A stretch of DNA of 32,696 nt from positions 1 to 32,696 of IMG/VR virus record IMGVR_UViG_3300037307_000155; one strand, 5' to 3'. Origin of the DNA: a virus. Taxonomy: Duplodnaviria; Caudoviricetes. The notes under the pieces are model-generated. The model did not search any database and was not told the DNA's origin. It saw only the letters and a program-made list of their open reading frames with translations. Of this stretch, positions 17,763 through 29,700 are shown piece by piece (the first letter of the stretch is position 1; each line of letters opens with the position of its first letter). The position numbers and the translations under genes are program-made.

Positions 17763-20700
17763 TGCTTCAGCCTCCCTCGCTCGGACGTGATTCGCTCACG
17801 ACGCACCTCGGAGCGACGGATGAGCGGAGTGTTCGTGTTGATCGCGTAGACGTTGTCGAACCGTGCAGCCGTCCCAGTGGGCAGGCGATCCATCCGGTCG
17901 AACCTCGGGCTGCTGCTGTACCCACCACCACCACCACCACCGTAGCCACCGCGACCATAGCGACGGTAGCCATAGCGACGGTAGCCGTACGACCCGCGGC
18001 GGGGGTAGAACTTCTTGGAGGTGGAGTTCTTGAGCGGATCGTCTCCGACGTCCTTCTTCTCCTTCTCCTCCTCCTCCTTGGGCTCGATCGGCTTCGGGAT
18101 GAGCCCGGCCTGCCCAGTGTTGATGCCGAGCACGTCGTCCACGACGTTGTATCGCGCGTCGAGGTGCGTGCCCTTCCTCGGCTTCCAGACCTGGTGCGGC
18201 GACGGGATGCCAGTGATGGCCTGGAACAGGGACTGCTTCTCGAACGGGGTGGCCCACGGCTTGCCATCCGGCCCGATCACGTAGGTCAGGTTGGCCTGCA
18301 GGTACTCCGCCTTGGGAGTGGTGGGGATCCGGTCGTCGTTCAGCAGCGCCTTCAGGCCGGGCTGGTCAGGGAACTGGGGGTCCCCGTACCAGAGCCGGTT
18401 GGCCATGTAGTTCGCCTGCTGCTGGGTCATCCCATCGTCGACACCCTTCTGGATGAGATCGTCCAGCAGCTCCTCCCCGATCTCCTTGCGCATCGGGATC
18501 GGAATCGCAACGCCACGCAGGGACGCATCACCGAGCTGGAGCTCGCCCTTCCAGAGCGCCCGGTAGACCGCAGAGCCACCGTCCTTCTGGATGAGCTCGC
18601 GTCCCTCATCATCCAGGATGCTGAGGATGTAGTCGCTGTCAGTCTGCGAGGCGTAGATCGCGTCGGCCTCGGCCTCGATGTCATCCTGGTCGTACCAGAT
18701 ACCAGCAGCCTTGGACTTCTCCTGCAGCGTCTTGATGATGTCCATCTTCGAGTACTCGGGAGCGCCGCCCAGACCGTGCCATGCGGCGAGGATCAGGGCC
18801 TTGGCCTCCGACTTGGTGGCCTCGTCGACGAACGCGGTCGGCGTCTTCGGCACCATGTTCCTGCGGAGGTAGGTGCTGCTGGTCCCCCCGGTGAACAGGG
18901 AGAGGATCGTGGCCGCGACGGCGTTGTTCTCCGAGTACTGGTGCAGGGTGGCCTGGATCCCCTCGCGCGTCAGGTAGGCGTTGCCGATCGTGCCGTCCGG
19001 CTTCACGTAGCCGTGGAGTGCGTCCGTCTCCTCGGGCACGCCCATGCCGTTGACCCGGAGGATGTTGCCCTCCTCGTCAGTCGCCGGGATCAGCCACGGG
19101 TTCCGGTCGTACTCGTCCTTCGCGTTACGGATCGAGTTGATCCAGTTGTTCTCGAAGATCGCACGCTCGTACATCCCAACGATGTGGGCGAACGTGCCCA
19201 TGTACGCAGCGTTGCCCTCCGGGGTGTCGAGGTCCAGGTCCTTCGCGTTCATCATCAGCATCCGGGCGGACACGTCGACCTCCCGGTACAGCCGGGTGAT
19301 GGAGTTGGGGATTGCCGCAGCGGCGTCCCAGAACCCCAGCCTGACCTCGTTGAAGTTCCCGGTGTCGAAGAACCTCTGCATCCCCATGATCGGGGAGAGG
19401 AACTGCTTCATCACCCAGTGGGGCTGGATGGCGGATCGACCTGTGGGGTCCTTGAACAGCCCGTTCAGGATCGGGATGTTGTCGAGGAAGATCGCGTCCT
19501 TCATCCTGAAGTCGTTGTTCGCCTTGTACGGGTCGTGGTAGTAGGGGATGTTGAGCAGCTCGGCCAGCTTGCGACGCTTCCGCTCCTCCTCATCCTCGCC
19601 ACCGAGGCCCAGGTTCGACGCGAGGAAGCCGGCGATGAAGAACTGGGTCTGGGTGACAGCGCCACGGACGAAGGCACGGGACAGGTCCACGCCGTCGAGC
19701 ACGTCGGAGTAGTCGAACCTGTTCTCCGTGTCCTGCTGGTACGCCTCGCCACGAGCCCGAGCCGCCATCCGCTTGAAGTACTCGGGCTTCTGCTTGCCGT
19801 CCAGCCACATGGCTGCCATCGTGTCGAACGCCTGCAGCCCAGTGACCGTCATGAACATGTTCATGTTGAAGCGGGTGAAGGCGAAAGGGATCTTGACCGC
19901 GTGGCCCGTGGTGTTGATCATCCAGCTGGAGCTCGAGGTCATGGCCTCGACCCGCTTCATCATGTGCTGCGCAACCAGCGTCTGCTTGGCACCACGGTTC
20001 TGGGCCACACGGTTCATGGCCATCTTGTGCGCGCCGCCCCGCTGGTCGGAGGTCATCTTCTTGAGCCAGAGCGGATCCCTGCGCATCATCTCGACGAACT
20101 GCTCGACGGTGATGTTGCTGTCCGTCAGGGACAGGACCTCCCACGCAGCGTCGATGTACCTGCGAACCACGGCCTTGCCCGTCATGCCCCACTTGGGGTC
20201 GGCCATGATCCGGGCCGCGGTGTGGGCCATCGTCTCGAGGCCGGATCCGAGCTTCGTCCGATGCTCGCGGTTCACGAACATCTGGTAGGACATCTCCTTG
20301 TAGAGCTCGCCGAACAGCTCGTTGCTGTGCGACAGGGTCTCCACCAACTGGTCGAGCATGTCCCGCTGCTGATTCGTGAAGTAGGGCTGGACCACGACCT
20401 CCTCGCGCTTATCGAGCCGACGGAGGACGTTGAGCAACTTGTTGATCTCCTCACGCGCGTTCTGCGCCTGACGAGATCCAGCACCCTGGTGTGCCCCGTA
20501 GATGAAGTTCGTGAAGTGCTCGATCTGGCTGCGGAACGGGACCTCGAGGATGGCCGACATGTACAGCTGGGGGTTGAACAGCCGGTTGGCGATCGAGAGG
20601 TGCATGATGTTGTGGAGCAACGCACTCGTGACGCGCGAGTTCTCCTGGTACGCAGCCCCGACCTTGGCGTACTGCTTCACCGAGAGCCGCTTCTGCTTGG

Positions 20701-23700
20701 CCATCTTCTTGCCAGCCAGCCACTCCCTCTGCTTCTCGATCTGTGCAGCCAGTGTGGAGTCAGGCGTGGTGGCCGCGGTGTCTGCGGTGTAGAGCGGGTC
20801 GATGCTGCCCGTCAGCGTCTCGAGGGTGTAGAGCATCCCGTCGATGACGACCGGGTTGCGCAGGATGGAGTCATGCCCCTCGCTGATCGAGAGGTAGTAC
20901 CTGTTCGTCTTCTCGTCCATCAGCTTCGCAGCCTTGGCCGCGTTCACCGACAGGTCCATCTCCATGAACAGGTCGGTGGCCCCCTGGTACGTGTGGTAGA
21001 AGCCGTCGAGCGCCGTGCCGAACATGCTGTGGAACGGGGAGTCCGACTCCCTCAGCTGCCCGTGGAGGCTCACGACCCACTCGTCCCAGCCCTTGGCAAG
21101 GGTCGTCGTCTTCCCGCCCTCGAGCGCAGCAGGAGCCCACCGCTCATCAGACCGTGCAGCAGGGATCCTGAGCTGGGCGTTGTAGACCATCTTCCAGAAC
21201 GACTCGTGCTCGAGCGGGACAGCCGCCCCATGCAGCGGGTGCCAGTTGTTCTGGATGTTGATCATCATCAGCTCGACAGCCTGCACGTACATCTCTGACG
21301 TCAGCTGGTCCTGGTACGTCCCATCCCTCTGCTGCTGAGCAGACGGAGCAGGAGCACCGAGGAACTGCCGCACGAGGAAGTCGATCTCGTCGATCATCTC
21401 GCTGCCGCCGAGCTGATCGAGGTTCAGCCTCTGGATCATCGACACTGCAGCGGAGCGAGCAGCAGCCTTCTCCTGCTTGCTCCACTTCTGCCACGGTGCC
21501 GTCGTCGCGTACTGGCGGACCTGGGCGTCTGCCTCCTCGACGTAGGCCACCTCCATCGGCTGCTTGCGGTCGTACGGGGAGTACGGGGAGCGGCCGGCGA
21601 AGTTGCGGATCAGGTTGTAGATCGTCTCGCCGTCACCGTTGTCGAACCGCATGACCTCGTTGTCGCCGTAGATCTCGTCGAGCTTGGTGCGCTCGGGGAT
21701 CGGGTTCCCGTCCTTGTCCCGCTTCAGCGGCCTGGTGGCGGTCAGGCCACCGATTGCGCTCTCCACCGTGCGCGCGATGTGCGGCGAGGCAGGGGCCTCG
21801 TTCTGCAGGGACGCCTGCGTCAGCGTCTGGTGATTCTCGTCGAACGGGATCGGCATGTGGACCTGGAGCGTGCCCTCCACATCCATCCAGCCGCCCTTGC
21901 CCCCATTGACCGTGTCGCTCCAGATCCTCTGGTGGAAGCGGAGCCGACGATCGAAGTAGTGGGTGAGGTTGCCCGCGGCGTCCCTCGGCATCCGCGAGTT
22001 GATCTTCCCGATCAGGTAGTCGCGCAGCTCTGGGTTCTTCGGGCTGTTCAGGGCATCCGTGAACAGCGGCGGCATCCTCAGAATCGAGTTCGCCGGCGAG
22101 TTCCGGTCCTTCACGGTCATCAGGCCCGAGGTAGACAGGACGTGCTCGAGCTTCATCCCCGGTGCAGCCAGGGTCACCATGACGATGCGGAAGATGTCCT
22201 GCTGCGGGTTCAGGCTGGAGCGGTTCGGAGTGGTCCAGTCCACGTCCGTCCAGTTGGTGCCGGCGACCCTGCGACCGATCGCATTGACCTCGGCGCCCAG
22301 CCCCGCCAGCACCGTGTCGGAATCCATCGCGCGAGCGATCTCCTCGGCGGTGAAGTTCTTGCTCACCTTCGACCAGATCTCGAAGACCTCTTGCAAGGTG
22401 TTCCACTGCGTCGAGGCGTCCGCAGGATCCCGGTTGGTGCCGAACGCAGCGTCGAGCAGGTCGTCCCGGAAGTCGATGCCGGTGACGGTGAAGATGTCGC
22501 GGAAGTTGTCGCAGAACCCCTGCCACGCTCCCTTGGCGACGGTGCTCGTCTCCGAGTAGAAGCGGGTGACATGGATCCCCTGGGCGTCCTGCGTCGCCTT
22601 CATCGGGTCCGCAGGGAACTTCCAGTGGCCGGGGATGTGCGTCATCCCGTCCTTGAAACCCACACCCTCGCGGCCCATCTTGACATGACTGTCGGTTACG
22701 GCCTTGCCGATAACTGAAAGTCCGTTGACGTCGGGGGTCACGGAGACCACCTCGAACGGCGGAGGCAGCGACTGCTTCTTGTCGACCTTGGCCTTGGAGA
22801 TGGACAGCTTCATGGGCAGGTTGCTCGCCAGATCGCCCGGAGTCTGGTTGTGCATCTTCGTCATCTCGTCGATGCTCGGATGCTCGAAGCCCACCCGGTA
22901 GATGTAGACGTCGCCGTTCTTGGAGACCAGCGGGATCATCGTGCCGGTGCGGATCGTGGTGCCCACATCCGTGGGCCAGATGCCGTTCTGCAGGTTGTTG
23001 ATCAGCTCCTCGAGCGCATCGTCGAAGGACATGATGCCGGGCTCGAGGATGTCGCTGTCCTTGTGGTACTTGCGGATCCTCGCGTTCTTCGGGTTGGACT
23101 GTGCGTCCCCGCCCGTCATCTTCTTCAGGGTCTTGACGACCTCGTCGTTCGTGAGCAGGGCGGGCAGCTCAGCAGTCAGCTTGGCACGCTGGTCGTGGCC
23201 ATCCCTGCCGATGCCGGCTGTCGGCACGTTGTACGACCGGCCGGGGCGCCGGCCCTGCTTGGTCGCATCCATCTGGACGGGCATGATCGTGTGGGTCACC
23301 CGGTTGAACTGCTCGTCCTTCTCGGCCCAGATGTGGGTGTTGTTCTCGCTGAGGTCGGTGGCCAGCCCGTTCGAGGCGAGGCCGAGAACGAGACCCCGTG
23401 CGGACATGGGGACGACCTCGGTGAGGGTGGACTCCGCAGCACGCTGGGCCTGCTCGTACTTCGAGTCGGGTGTCATCGGGGAGAAGATGTGCCCGGAGTG
23501 GGCCATCGCCTCGTAGCCGAGCCATCCGTTGGCCAGGGCCTGGGACACACCCACCCGCATGTCCTGCTCACCGGGCGGGTTCATGAGCGCGATCGTCACG
23601 CCGTACTCCGAGTACGCCTTCACCACGTCGAGCGCGAGCTCGAGTGCCTTCTCGTGGTTCTGACCCGTGGCGTCGAGGATGGATTGCATGTCGATGACGA

Positions 23701-26700
23701 CCACGTCGCCGTACATGGGGCGGAACGGGCTCTTGCGATCGAAGCCCTTCCTCAGGGACGCAGCACTCAGCCGGCCCTGCGACGGGTCGGAATCGGACTT
23801 GTGATCGTGGAGGAACACCATGTTGTTCGTGTCGGTCATGGTGTCACCGAGCCGTGCGACCATCGCCTGGCTGCGGGTGATCGCATCACCATTCGACAGG
23901 TCGGAGTGGGGCACGCCCATCCGGTTGAACAGCGGCTGCAGCGCCTCCAGCGAGATGGCCTGTGTCAGCCTGTCGATGTTCTCCTGGTTGATCCGGGTGA
24001 TGTCGAGGGTGCCCTTGCCCTTCTTGCGCTTGTCGAGCCTGCGCAGGGAGGTCTCCTCGCGCTCCTCGACCCACTTCTTGATCCGCAGGGTCCAGCGATC
24101 ATCGAGCGCCTTGGCCTCCTTGGACTTCCGCTGGCGAGCCCGCGGCAGGGCAGTCGTGGTGGCGAGCAGCGACTCCGCGAGCTCAGTGGTCTCGCCGAGG
24201 CGGGTGATGCCCAGTGCCTTGAGCCGGGCCAGAGAGAGATCCGGCTGGATCATCAGGTCCTTCAGCTGGAAGACCGGCTTGATCATCTTGCCCGACACGC
24301 CCATGTAGCCGGCTGCACCTCGCAGCGTCTGCGCCACGGAGTCGCTGAGCGGGATCAGCTGGACATCCTGGTACGGCAGGCTCTGGTTGGGGCCGAGCGC
24401 CTGCTCCTCAGAGATGATCTTCTCGGGCCAGACGAACTCGATCGACCCGTCATGCTGGGTGACCTTGACGACGTGCCGCATCCGCATCAGCTTGTGCAGC
24501 GAGGGCAGGTCCATCGGGAGCAGGGAGCCGGTGGGGTAGTCCTGGCTCCACATGTGCATGGCCTTGAGCATCAGCTGGTGGGAGATGGTGCCCTGCGACT
24601 CCATCTGCTCGACCTCGTCCAGCATGGTGGTGACGTGAGCCCGGAACTGCTTGCCCTTCTTGGCCGCCATGTCCAGCGGCTGCTGCTGCCCCAGCTTGTT
24701 CAGCCCGTTCACGCCGAAGAACAGGGCGGCGATGGCACCCACGCCGGAGCCACCCTGGTCCTCACGACCCACGCCGTCGAAGAAGATGTTGTTGGCCCAC
24801 TCCTTGGTGGCCGGCATCTTGTCGACGTCCACGTAGTCGAGCTCGATCTTGAAGTCGGTGGTCAGGATCCCGTTGGAGCGCAGCGTGTTGAGCGCCTGAT
24901 TCAGACGCTGCAGCGTGAACACCCGGTACCCGGACTGCTCGATCGCATCGTTCGTGGTGTTCACCCGGCCGATCATCTCGAAGAAGTCATTGGCCGCCAC
25001 GATCTCGTTCCCCTGCAGGTCGGTGATCTTGGCACCGCGGAGGAAGTGGCCCTGCAGCTTGACGTAGGACTCAGGGAAGCCGGGCTTCAGCAGATCAGGC
25101 GCACTCGAGGTGGCCTTGCCGGTGAGCGTGTGCTGCGAGTGGTGAACAGCCTCGGGCTTCTTCCAGGTGATCAGGCTGGATGAGACGTAGGACTCCATCT
25201 CCTTCGGGTCGTTGCCCTCGATCGCCACGGCCGCACCGACCGGGGCGGTCAGCATGATCTGCCGCGCCTTCATCGACTCGACCGGGATCCGGTCGGACCA
25301 CTTGCCGATCCGCTTCTCGCTGAGCAGGGAGTCGGTGCCCTCGGTCAGCTTCTTCTCGATCGACGAGATCGTCGGGTCCGTCCCCCCGTACGAGTGCTTC
25401 ATCGCCAGCTCACGGGCAGCATGGAGGACGTTCGGGTCGAACAGGGGCTCGGCCAGGTACCCCTGGGAGATGTCGAAGTACCTGCGCTGGCTCAGGGCGT
25501 CGTCCCCGAGCATGGCCGTCGGCAGCTCGTAGGTGGATGCACCACGGCTCATCAGGTCAGAGGTGTAGGCCGACATCGCCCAGCCACCGAGGACCTGCCA
25601 CTCCTTGTCCGTGATCTGGTCCGCGTACGCCTGGTCACGCTCCGCCTCGGTCGCCAGCTCACCGGGATCGTGGAAGATCAGCTTCTTCGCCTTGTGGTAC
25701 AGGTCGATGTGCTCCTTCGGGCGGAACCTGTTGATCCGGTTCCCCGACTCGAGCCACTGCATGATCGTCACGCGCTTCATCGCCTTGGCCGCAGGATCGG
25801 CGTTCGGGTCGAGCGTGAACATCTCGGTCATGGAGTTGAGATCACGCAGCGTCATCTTCGGCAGCTCGAGGAAGCCCGAGTCCGAGGTGAGCCGCTTGAT
25901 CGAATCCGAGAGCGCCGTCATCGACAGCTTGAGCTCAGCCAGCTTGTCGTTGATCTCCTGGATCCTTGCCGGGTCCGTGGCATTGCGCTTCTCGTCGTTC
26001 AGGATGTCGCGCTCGGCGTCGATCCGGTTCTGCTCGTGCTGGATGTACTTCTGCGCCTTCTGCATCAGGCCGAGGTGGATGAACTCCTTCTCCATCTCCG
26101 ACTGGAACAGGTCCTTGTACGGGCCGGCGTCGTCGGTCAGGCGGGCGTACATCTTCTCCTTGACCCGCTTGAGCAGGTCACCATGCAGAGCAGGATCGAG
26201 GCGGGAGATGTCCTTGATGGCGTCCGCCACCTCGACGATCAGCTTCTGCCGCATCATCTCCTTGTCGACCGTGCGGTTCGCTGGGCCGTGGGTGTAGGCA
26301 ACGAGGAAGTCGTTGATCATGTTCATGATCGGCATGTAGCCAGCCGACCGCTCCTCGGGCGTCCCGTTCGCCACGGCCTTCCTGACATGGCCCTCGATGA
26401 GCCCGATGTAGCGGTGGGCCTGCTTGACCTTGTCGGACCACTCGGACTTCTCGGCGAACAGGACGTTGCCGTTCACCGTCTCCTCGAGCATCTTGCCGAT
26501 GTCCCTGACATGGCTGCCGTCGAGGTCGATGTAGGTCTGCAGCACGCCGTTGTTGTCGACGTCGCGCACGGTGGGGGCGAGGATGGCCATCGCCAGCGGC
26601 TGGGTCCGCGGATCCGCCAGCATCGCCAGCGCCTGGTCCCCGTCCGAGACGTCGATCCGCACCGACGAGCCGTCCGGCATCATGATGCGCACCGGCCCCT

Positions 26701-29700
26701 CGACCAGCTTCGTCAGGTTCGTGGCCACGTCGGCGAAGTCCAGCATCGTCATGGCGTTGGCCTCCTGGCGCAGGCCGTCAGCCCAGCCGAAGCCGTCCAT
26801 CGTGACCGTCGCCTCGCCGAACGGGGCGGCGTTCGGGTCGCCCTTGCCCTTGTCGTGGGTGCGTGCGAGGGCGTGCTGCATCAGCGCCATGACCTGATCG
26901 CGGGAGATCTGGCCCTGCGTGTCGGGGAACTTCCGCCGGAACTTGATCAGGTCCTCGAGCAGGGCGTTGTACGTCGCGTGCGGGGCCGACACCGTCGGGT
27001 CCTTGCGGTTGGCCACCATGTTCGCCAGCAGCGACTCGTTGTTCTTGCGGATCACCTCGGTCTCCGCGGCCCGCTTGCCGTACACGGAGAGCTTCTTGCC
27101 CCACTGCTGCAGCGCCTCACGGGTCACGGTGCCCGGGGTGCCGGAGTTCCAGACGTCGTCGAAGTCCACCTCGAACATCTTGACGTCGTCGTGGTAGGCG
27201 AACAGTCGCTCCCGGTCCATCCTCCAGGCGTCCTGCTCGTTGATGTCGTCGAAGAAGTCCTGCAGGGTGCCCGGCTGCTCCATCAGCTTCAGCAGCTTCA
27301 TCAGCTCCATCTGGTCCGGCTGCTGGGAGAGGTGGTGGAGCAACTGCAGGAAGCGCGACTCGATGCGATCGAAGTGGATCTTGCCCGCTGCCTCGGCTGT
27401 GGTGTCAGCGTCGATGCTCTCCTCTTCCTCGAGGCCCCGGGCCTTGGTGCCGGCGAGCTGGTTCAGCTCTGCCAGCTTGGTGTGGACGAACCAGATCTTC
27501 GCTGCCTCGTCCGGCTTGGCCAGCAGCATCTTGTCGACCCACTTGGCGACCTTCACATCGTGGCCGTCGACCTCGAACACCCCGAGCTGGGACGCCTTCG
27601 GGATGATCTTGGCGACCTCCATCGCCAGCTCGGGCCGGGCGCGCAGCAACTCCTTCAGGATGTTGGCGTTGCTCACGTCCTTGCCGTACTTCTTCATGAG
27701 CGGCAGCGCGTTCTGGGTGCGGAAGTTGGCGATCTCCCGCTGCAGGCCGGACAAGCCCTTGGTGAAGGTGTTGTGGGCGCGCTGGTCTGCGTCCTCCGTG
27801 TCCTTCACCATCGTCCGCGCGACCGAGGCGATCGAGTCGACCATCATGGAGAAGGCGCTGACCTCACCGGTCTCGAGGACCTCCATCCCCCACGGCGGAT
27901 CCGCCAGCTTCGAGGGCTTGATGTACGCCGGGGAGCGGTGCAGGCGGGCCACGGTCTGGTCGCGCTGAATCTTGCCCATCCCGATGATGTGCATCTTCAG
28001 CTGGTTCAGCGTCATCGAGGGCGCGATGTACATCGAGGAGTCCCCGACGAGCTCGTGCAGCTGGCGGTCCCCGAACACCTCGAGCACGGCCTTGGCGTGG
28101 GTGACCGAGTGCGGCCCCTTCGGCACCGTCAGCGCCTTCAGCTTCTTGATCTTGGCGTGGATCGGATCGTCCGGCAGCGCCTTGCGGGAGTTGACCTCCT
28201 CGATCGCCAGGCTCTTGCGCAGCAGCAGCTGCAGCAAGGTGATCGAGCCCTCGGTCACCGTGTAGGTGCCGTCCTTCTCCACGAGGTTGGGCACCGACAT
28301 GTTGGCCAGCAGCATCCTGATCTCCGCCGGCGTCCTGGAGAGGGATGGCGTGTTCGCCATGATCTCCTCGACCAGCATGTCGATCCAGACGTTCACCCTG
28401 TTCTGGATGGCGTTGCGGCCCTGCACATGCGCGACGTCCGACTCCCACTGCCCGCTCTGCGCCGCGTACTGGTTGGCGAGGTCGAACTGCTGCTGGGAGA
28501 TCCCCGAGCCCTTCTTCAGGTACCCGGCATCCGTCAGCGACCGGAGGAACGGGGAGTAGTGCAGCACCTGCCCCTGCCGGACGGACACCACCGAGCCCAG
28601 CATGGACAGCGCCTGGCCCGCGTTGGCCGCGTTCAGCCGGGCGATGCCGTTCTGGAAGTCCCGCTCCTTGGCCACACGGGCCGGGTTGCCGACCGGGGCG
28701 TTCTGCGGCTGCAGCGCCTTGATATGGGCCAGCCCCTGCTGCACCGAGTCGAACATGATGTTGATCCGGTTCAGCATCCAGAGCATCTCCGGGCCGGCCA
28801 TCTCGCCGTTGACCGCCCGGTCGCCCATCTCGAACAGGCCCTCGGCGTTGTGGTTGAACAGCGTCTCCACCAGCGTCTGCCGGGCCGACACCACGCCCGA
28901 GCGCACGTCCACCTTGAACTGGTCGAGCGCCTTGGACAGCACCGCGTCCTCGATGGGGCCGTTGTTGCTCTGCGCGTACCTGGCCTGGAACGAGGAGCTC
29001 AGGTGGGTGAGCGCATCGTTCAGCTGCTTGTACCTGTCGGTGCCCGGCCCCGAGTCGTGCGCGGCCTTGAAGTAGTTCAGGAACGTCTGCTCGGAGTCCG
29101 GGGTGTCCGCGATCATCTCGAGGAACGTCTCGTCCCGGGACGGATCCATCGGCGAGGTGTCCGTCTTGTTCGCCCGAGCCTTGTACTTCGTGGAGACGTA
29201 CTGCGTCCCGCGCCGCATCTCGCGCATCCGGTCGCGCGGCAGGTAGATCTCGTGCAGCGGGATGGTGGTGTCACCGTCGTGGTCGGCACCCTGCGCCTTC
29301 AGGCCGCCCTGGTGGGTGTAGATCGTGTTGTTGATCCCCCACTTGGTCATCTCCTCGCTGATCTGCATGACCTTCACGGCGAAGGAGCCACGATCCATGT
29401 ACGGGTGCCGGCCGATCTTCAGCTCGACCGAACGGCGGATCAGCTCCTGCGTGGCATCGTCGACCCGGTTCCCCGCGTTGTCGACCCACTCGCCGGAGAA
29501 CGCGGCGCGCATCTGGGTGTTGATCGACTTGATGATCCGGGAGCGCTCGGCCGGGTCAGGCTGCGAGGTCAGGTCCGCGAACGCCTTCTCGAACTTGGCG
29601 AGGATCTGCTTGTTGACGCCCAGCAGGTCCTTCGTCTCGTCGAGGAGCACGTTGTTCGCGTCGATCAGGCGCTGCACCTCGTCGATCGCGTCCTGGTTCT

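Noticed and set aside
26840-26880. QHALARTHDKGKG as a trigger-loop or DxxK-like RNAP motif
   Set aside because: Too short and ambiguous to support without an alignment.
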